Below the pieces are notes generated by a model that saw only the letters and a list, made by a program, of their open reading frames with translations, was not told the DNA's origin and searched no databases. Shown here piece by piece: positions 24,726 through 32,000 of a stretch of DNA of 32,000 nt; within the stretch, counting starts at the first letter, position 1; every line of letters begins with the position of its first letter. A program made the translations under genes and the position numbers. Origin of the DNA: Geotalea daltonii FRC-32 (GTDB taxonomy: Bacteria; Desulfobacterota; Desulfuromonadia; Geobacterales; Geobacteraceae); assembly GCF_000022265.1 (NCBI RefSeq), contig NC_011979.1, positions 1,710,001-1,742,000 on the forward strand, read 5' to 3'.

Positions 24726-26788
24726 TGGCGAAAGAACTGTTCCTTGAAATCGGCACAGAAGAGATCCCGGCTGGCTTCCTGCCCAAGGCTATGGCAGACA
24801 TGGAAGGGCTGATCAGGAAAGAGCTTGAATCTGCCCGCATCGGCTTTGGTGAGGTGAAGACCATGGCGACGCCGCGCCGTCTTGCCCTGGTGGTGAAAAA
24901 TGTTTCCGCGCAGCAGACTGATGCGGAAATCACCACCATGGGACCGGCAAAGAAGGTCGCCTTCAATGACGACGGCACCACGACCAAGGCTGGCGAAGGT
25001 TTCGCACGGGGACAGGGGGTGGATGCTTCTGCCTTGTCCATCATTGCCACGGAAAAAGGGGAATATGTGGCGGTGACGAAAAAGGAGATCGGTGTTGCCA
25101 CTGCCGGCCTGCTTGCCGAGATTCTTCCCCGGCTGATCAACAACATACCATTTAAAAAATCCATGCGCTGGGGCGATCAGGAGGTACGCTTCGCCCGGCC
25201 CATGCACTGGATCGTGGCCCTGTTTGACGGTACCGTCATTCCATTCGCCTTCGGTAATGTCCAGAGCGGTTCCATGTCCCGCGGCCACCGCTTCATGGCC
25301 AACACCTCCTTCCCGGTCCGAGATTTCGGCCATTACCTGGAAGAGTGCGAGCGGCATTTCGTCATTCCCGATCCGGCAAAGCGGAAGGAGATCATCAGCA
25401 GGGAAATCGAAAGGGTGGCAAAGGCTGCCGGTGGCAACGTCCTGCCCGATGAGGGGTTGCTGGAGCAGGTGACCTATCTGGTTGAATATCCCAGCGCCGT
25501 CCATGGTACCTTTTCCGCCGAATTCCTGGCCGTGCCCAAGGAAGTGCTTATTACCTCCATGCGCGAACACCAGCGCTACTTCTCCCTGGTGGACGATAAG
25601 GGCAAGCTGCTGCCGGGCTTTATCACCATCAACAACACCCTGACCGAGGATCCCTCAGTAGTGGTGAAGGGCAATGAGATGGTGCTGCGTGCCCGTCTTT
25701 CCGATGCCCGGTTTTTCTTCGAGGAGGACAAAAAGGTTCCCCTGGAAAAGCGGGTTGAGGCATTGAAAAGTGTTCTCTACCAGGCAAAGCTGGGTACCTC
25801 CTATGAGAAGATGGAGCGGTTCAGGACCTTGGCCGAGGGATTGGCCGAGCAACTGCAACCCCCCCTGAAAGCCAAAGTGTTCCAGGCGGCTACCCTGTGC
25901 AAGGCAGACCTGGTAACCGGCATGGTGGGCGAATTTCCGGAAGTGCAGGGGATCATGGGGCGCGAATATGCACTCCTGCAGGGAGTCGATGCAGAGGTTG
26001 CCCGGGCCATTGCCGAACATTACCTGCCAAACCAGGCGGGAGGTGAGTTGCCGGCCTCGGATACGGGAGCCTTTGTTTCCATTGCCGATAAAGTGGACAC
26101 CATCTGCGGCTGTTTCAGCGTCGGCCTTATCCCTTCAGGTTCTGCCGATCCCTACGCCTTGCGCCGCGCCGCTCTGGGCATCATCAATATCATTCTTGCC
26201 AAGGGTTACAACCTGCCTCTGATTCCCCTGGTGACGAAAGCCATTGGGCAGCTGGAAGGCAGGCTGACCAGGAAGAAGGAAGAGGTTCTTGCCGATGTGC
26301 TGGACTTTTTCAAAGGGCGCTTCATCAATCTGCTCACCGATCGCTTCCCTGCCGACGTGGTGGAGGCAGTTGTGGCGGTTTCCTTCGATAACCTTGTGGA
26401 AGCAACGGCCAAGATCGAGGCTCTGGCCCAGTTCAAGAAGCGTGATGATTTTGAGCCGCTGGCTGTGGCGTTCAAGCGGGTTTGCAACATTGTCAAGGAA
26501 CAGGTGACGGTTCCGGTAGATGACAAACTGTTCCAGGACGCAGCCGAGGGGACACTGTTCCAGTCATTCAAAAGCGCCAGCAGCATGGTCGAGGAGAAAG
26601 TCGTCCAGCGGGAATACCTGGCGGCGCTGACGCAGATCGCCTCCTTGAAGGGTGCGGTAGATGACTTCTTCGACAAGGTCATGGTCATGGCCGAGGACGA
26701 AGGGGTGAGAAACAACCGGCTGGCGCTCCTCCAGGAGATAAAGAGCCTGTTCAGGGACATAGCAGATTTTGGGAAACTAACCGCTTAG
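24725..26788 (+). CDS. glyS: Glycine--tRNA ligase beta subunit
   Basis: 687-aa ORF. Its ATG overlaps the glyQ stop (TAATG). [20 protein letters not shown]-terminus and a typical GlyS length. Confidence 0.95.
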   Translation: MAKELFLEIGTEEIPAGFLPKAMADMEGLIRKELESARIGFGEVKTMATPRRLALVVKNVSAQQTDAEITTMGPAKKVAFNDDGTTTKAGEGFARGQGVDASALSIIATEKGEYVAVTKKEIGVATAGLLAEILPRLINNIPFKKSMRWGDQEVRFARPMHWIVALFDGTVIPFAFGNVQSGSMSRGHRFMANTSFPVRDFGHYLEECERHFVIPDPAKRKEIISREIERVAKAAGGNVLPDEGLLEQVTYLVEYPSAVHGTFSAEFLAVPKEVLITSMREHQRYFSLVDDKGKLLPGFITINNTLTEDPSVVVKGNEMVLRARLSDARFFFEEDKKVPLEKRVEALKSVLYQAKLGTSYEKMERFRTLAEGLAEQLQPPLKAKVFQAATLCKADLVTGMVGEFPEVQGIMGREYALLQGVDAEVARAIAEHYLPNQAGGELPASDTGAFVSIADKVDTICGCFSVGLIPSGSADPYALRRAALGIINIILAKGYNLPLIPLVTKAIGQLEGRLTRKKEEVLADVLDFFKGRFINLLTDRFPADVVEAVVAVSFDNLVEATAKIEALAQFKKRDDFEPLAVAFKRVCNIVKEQVTVPVDDKLFQDAAEGTLFQSFKSASSMVEEKVVQREYLAALTQIASLKGAVDDFFDKVMVMAEDEGVRNNRLALLQEIKSLFRDIADFGKLTA

Positions 26789-26810
26789 CCGAAAGGCAAG
26801 CGGTTTTTTT
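26779..26810 (+). terminator. Rho-independent terminator after glyS
   Basis: Stem AACCGCTT / AAGCGGTT with a nested GCC-GAAA-GGC tip, followed by T7. Confidence 0.75.
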
Positions 26811-26900
26811 ACGTTTTTAATCTGGCTAAACTTGCTTTGAATGAGCCTAAATTGTTTTTAATGATAATAAAGACCCGTTGACTTTTAATAAAAACAGCCC

Positions 26901-26928
26901 TTGAAAAACCGGACATCGGCAATATTCT
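26901..26928 (+). promoter_or_regulatory. Candidate sigma-70 promoter for ppdK
   Basis: TTGAAA, a 16-nt spacer, then TATTCT, preceded by an AT-rich tract. It lies about 45 nt upstream of the ppdK ATG. Confidence 0.35.
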
Positions 26929-26972
26929 TTATAAGGTTTTCTGTGGTGGGGCAAATAAAGAGGAGGATGCAA

Positions 26973-29630
<2,658 letters not shown>

Positions 29631-29639
29631 TTATCCATA

Positions 29640-29673
29640 TGTGTGGGGACGTAGCAGTTTGCGTCTCCACACA
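29640..29673 (+). other. Strong 12-bp hairpin downstream of ppdK with no U-tract
   Basis: TGTGTGGGGACG...GCGTCTCCACACA (one G-U pair), with no T-run on either strand. Confidence 0.5.
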
Positions 29674-29683
29674 AATAATCATC

Positions 29684-29713
29684 TTGACAGTTTTCTGCAA
29701 AACGGTGTAAATA
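29684..29713 (+). promoter_or_regulatory. Candidate sigma-70 promoter for the cold-shock gene
   Basis: TTGACA (29684-29689), a 17/18-nt spacer, then GTAAAT/TAAATA. This leaves a ~70-nt 5' UTR, as is typical for csp genes. Confidence 0.45.
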
Positions 29714-29784
29714 CGCAGGAGATTCCACGGGCCCCGGAGTAAGCCCTATTTATAGAACAAGCGGTTGTTACAGGAGAACAGAGC

Positions 29785-29985
29785 ATGGCAAAAGGTGTGG
29801 TGAAATGGTTCAATGATGCGAAGGGGTTCGGGTTTATTGAGCAGGAAAATGGCGAAGATGTATTCGTTCATTTCTCCTCCATACAGGGTGACGGATTCAA
29901 GTCACTGGCCGAAGGGCAGGCAGTGACCTTCGATGTTATCCAGGGAGCGAAAGGGCCGCAGGCGGCCAACGTCAATAAAGATTAG
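29785..29985 (+). CDS. cspA: CspA-family cold-shock protein
   Basis: 66 aa. RNP-1 KGFGFI and RNP-2 VFVHFS motifs: [34 protein letters not shown]. Confidence 0.93.
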   Translation: MAKGVVKWFNDAKGFGFIEQENGEDVFVHFSSIQGDGFKSLAEGQAVTFDVIQGAKGPQAANVNKD

Positions 29986-30003
29986 GATTTAGCTTATAAC
30001 CAC

Positions 30004-30036
30004 AAGGCCCCGAAGCGATTCGGGGCCTTTTTATTT
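30004..30036 (+). terminator. Rho-independent terminator after csp
   Basis: Perfect 11-bp stem AAGGCCCCGAA / TTCGGGGCCTT, loop GCGA, followed by TTTATTT. Confidence 0.8.
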
Positions 30037-30062
30037 GGTGCAATCTTATGGGAGGTACATCC

Positions 30063-30278
30063 ATGCGTCATCTCTTTCTGGTTCTGTTGCTGATCTGTCC
30101 GCTCAGCTTTGCGGGCTGCTCAGGCGATAATGGCAAGCAGCTGCTGGAAACCGCACAGTTCGAGGAAAAACAGCACAACCTGGAACATGCCAAACAGCTC
30201 TACGGGGAAATAGTCAGGAAGTATCCGGGCACTGAGAGTGGCAGGCAAGCCGAAGAGCGCTTGAAAACTCTCAAATAG
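30063..30278 (+). CDS. Small lipoprotein with a single TPR-like helical hairpin, function unknown
   Basis: GGAGG lies 7 nt upstream of ATG 30063. MRHLFLVLLLICPLSFAGC is a lipobox-type signal. The mature part, KQLLETAQFEEKQHNLEHAKQLYGEIVRKYPGTESGRQAEERL, resembles the YbgF/TPR-type motif. Confidence 0.6.
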   Translation: MRHLFLVLLLICPLSFAGCSGDNGKQLLETAQFEEKQHNLEHAKQLYGEIVRKYPGTESGRQAEERLKTLK

Positions 30279-30290
30279 AGGGGCTGCCGG

Positions 30291-30598
30291 ATGCCCAGCT
30301 ACATCGAACCCTTACTCAGGCCTCCCAATGAAGCGGGGAGCCTCATTTTCCAGATTACCCTTGGTTGCTCCCAGAATCAGTGCACCTTTTGCGGGATGTA
30401 CAAGGGAAAACCTGTCAGACTAAGTCCTAAAAAACCATTCTCCGCTCCAACCGTGTCTCCAATTTCCTCAACCTGGCTGGCAATTACCTAAAGGACCACT
30501 TTCGGCCCATGGCAAAGGTGGATTCCGCCATTGCCATGGCCGCTACCATGCCGGGATACCTGAATACGCCCCCGGAGTATGCGGAAGAATACTATTGA
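30291..30598 (+). pseudogene. Probable internally deleted radical-SAM gene remnant (N-terminal Cys-cluster fragment plus a possible C-terminal fragment in another frame)
   Basis: Frame 1 (30291-30491): MPSYIEPLLRPPNEAGSLIFQITLGCSQNQCTFCGMYKGKP..., then low-complexity sequence and a stop. A second frame, open from 30431 to the stop at 30596-30598, reads KTILRSNRVSNFLNLAGNYLKDHFRPMAKVDSAIAMAATMPGYLNTPPEYAEEYY. About 100 codons remain in total, where a radical-SAM enzyme needs 250 or more. Confidence 0.4.
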
Positions 30599-30628
30599 AA
30601 TGCAAAAGCAAATGTGCAGGAGATGACG

Positions 30629-31075
30629 ATGCGTATCAACGACAAACCGGGATCGCGGCAGGTCGACAAAAAAAACAAGGGTGTTGCCTCCAGAAAGGTT
30701 CTTGAGTCCGGAAGTTCCCTCTTTGCCAAAAAACTTGGGCTGATTTCCAGGGATGCAGCCGACTATGCCGGGCAGCTTCAGGAACTCAAGGAAGAGATTG
30801 ACCAGGCCGGAGATAGTCTGGAAAAAGAACCCACCATCGTCAACTTCAAGATCTTTCGCAGCCTCATTTCCGCCTTTGCCAAAAAAGTGACCGCAGAGGC
30901 CTACCGACTGGAGATTGAAGGCAGCCCCGGCCAGCGCTGTCATGAGATTATCACCATCATAGATCGGGAGGCGGACGCCCTCTACCACCTGATCATGCAG
31001 GAGCAGAGGAACCACATCAAGATAACGGCCCAGATCATGAAGATAAAAGGAATGGTGGTGGATTTTCACCTGTGA
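30629..31075 (+). CDS. DUF327 / YaaR-like protein, function unknown
   Basis: 148 aa from ATG 30629 (GGAG 6 nt upstream). The layout is LQELKEEIDQAGDSLEKEPTIVNFKIFRSLISAFAKKVTAEAYRLE...IITIIDREADALYHLIMQEQRNHIKITAQIMKIKGMVVD. By recollection this matches the YaaR (DUF327) family pattern. Confidence 0.65.
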   Translation: MRINDKPGSRQVDKKNKGVASRKVLESGSSLFAKKLGLISRDAADYAGQLQELKEEIDQAGDSLEKEPTIVNFKIFRSLISAFAKKVTAEAYRLEIEGSPGQRCHEIITIIDREADALYHLIMQEQRNHIKITAQIMKIKGMVVDFHL

Positions 31076-31187
31076 GACTCGGCAATGATCCATAATTGCA
31101 GTCTTATTGCTTGAAAAAAGTTGCTTGCAGTATTATTGTCATTCATTGTTAAGGGGCTTTAAAAATAGAGCTGGCGGGAGGGGCTTC

Positions 31188-32000
31188 ATGAAACTGTTGA
31201 GGGAAAAGTTTTCCATCTTGGGTTTTCTGGCTTTCTTTTGTTTCTGCAGCATATGGCATTTCCCAAGTGTGGCATTTGCCGCCACCGGCCAGTGGACCGG
31301 CCTCGGCCCCTGGGGTGGGGATGTGGAATGCCTGCTGGCAATTTCTCCTTCCATCCTCTATGCCGGAACCCAGAACGGCGGTGTCTTTAAAAGCAGTGAT
31401 GGTGGCGCCCATTGGGTCGCCGTCAACAATGGCCTTGGCAATCCCACCGTCTTCGCCCTGGCGGCCGATCCTGCAGCCCCCGCCAATCTTTATGCAGCAA
31501 CCTATGGAAACGGAATTTACAAGAGCCTTGACGCGGGCAGCAGCTGGAGCCGACTTGCTGCCTCCCCTGCCTTTGTTTATGCCCTTGCGGTAGATCCTGC
31601 AGACAGCAGTACTCTCTATGCCGGCACCGACGGCGGCGGGGTTTACAAAAGCACCGATGGCGGTGCCACCTGGAATGGAGCAAATGCAGGTATTCCCACG
31701 GCTCAGGTCAACGCTCTCGTCGTCGATCCCCGCTTGACCACAACAGTGTATGTAGCCACCGCAAACGGGATTTTCAGGAGCCCCGATGGGGGAGCCAACT
31801 GGAGCCTGGTTGCCGATACGGGCTGGACACGGGATATTGCCATTTCCTCCGTGACACCAGCCACGCTTTATGCGGCAACAGGTGCCGGAATCTTCAGGAG
31901 CAACGACGGCACCACCTGGACCTCCGCCGGACTCTCCGGCAGTTCCGCTTATGCCTTGGCCATAAATCCTGCCGACCCGGCAAAGGTTTTCGCCGGGACC
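31188..32000 (+). CDS. Secreted BNR/Asp-box-like repeat (beta-propeller) protein. Partial: the 3' end lies beyond the window end.
   Basis: The frame is open from ATG 31188 to the window end (271 codons; not in the ORF track because there is no stop). Signal peptide MKLLREKFSILGFLAFFCFCSIWHFPSVAFA. At least 5 repeats of ~43 aa follow, of the form LYAGT-x-GG(V/I)(F/Y)KS-x-DGG-x-(T/H/N)W. Confidence 0.8.
   Translation, partial: MKLLREKFSILGFLAFFCFCSIWHFPSVAFAATGQWTGLGPWGGDVECLLAISPSILYAGTQNGGVFKSSDGGAHWVAVNNGLGNPTVFALAADPAAPANLYAATYGNGIYKSLDAGSSWSRLAASPAFVYALAVDPADSSTLYAGTDGGGVYKSTDGGATWNGANAGIPTAQVNALVVDPRLTTTVYVATANGIFRSPDGGANWSLVADTGWTRDIAISSVTPATLYAATGAGIFRSNDGTTWTSAGLSGSSAYALAINPADPAKVFAGT

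Noticed and set aside
23598-25570. 324-aa and 282-aa minus-strand ORFs (23598-24572 and 24722-25570), plus 24610-25164
   Set aside because: These are antisense shadows of glyQ and glyS, which are unambiguous.
30488-31093. 201-aa minus-strand ORF
   Set aside because: It is antisense to the DUF327-like gene. The plus-strand frame has a proper SD and a family-like sequence, while the minus-strand product has neither.
31139-31683. Short ORFs 31139-31354 (-), 31149-31412 (-), 31267-31593 (+) and 31423-31683 (-)
   Set aside because: They overlap the long open BNR-repeat frame that starts at 31188, which has a signal peptide and regular repeats. The alternatives are Pro/Arg/Cys-rich.

Overview
This window is mostly core-chromosome housekeeping DNA. 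The gene order looks typical of Geobacter-type Desulfuromonadales; that is an inference from synteny and gene content, not a database hit.

Minus-strand block, 1-6719: a U32-family gene sits directly upstream of a lipid-A aminoarabinose (Ara4N) operon, arnT-arnB-arnC. ArnA is split into separate formyltransferase and decarboxylase genes, and the decarboxylase gene runs off the window start.

Plus-strand run, 6878-22746: cpoB/ybgF, a LysM protein, dprA, topA, a 1-kb islet, trmFO, a small membrane protein, maf, yggS, ispE, tRNA-Gln(UUG), prs, rplY/ctc, pth, ychF, rpsF, rpsR, a DUF2232/YybS-like membrane protein and rplI.

Remainder: mutM (minus strand), glyQ-glyS, ppdK, a CspA-family gene, a small lipoprotein, a probable radical-SAM gene remnant, a DUF327/YaaR-like gene, and the 5' part of a secreted BNR/Asp-box-like repeat protein that runs off the window end.

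I saw no CRISPR array, transposase, integrase, phage gene or recognisable defence gene.

The only clearly non-housekeeping, unexplained locus is 12028-13078, between topA and trmFO. It holds two tandem paralogous ~66-70 aa ORFs on the opposite strand. The downstream copy sits behind a good sigma-54 (-24/-12) promoter match. It is followed immediately by a 179-bp highly structured element closed by a 17-bp perfect inverted repeat. This islet is the best candidate for something undescribed, but its function cannot be derived from the sequence alone.

Many long ORFs in the supplied track are antisense shadows of real genes and were rejected.
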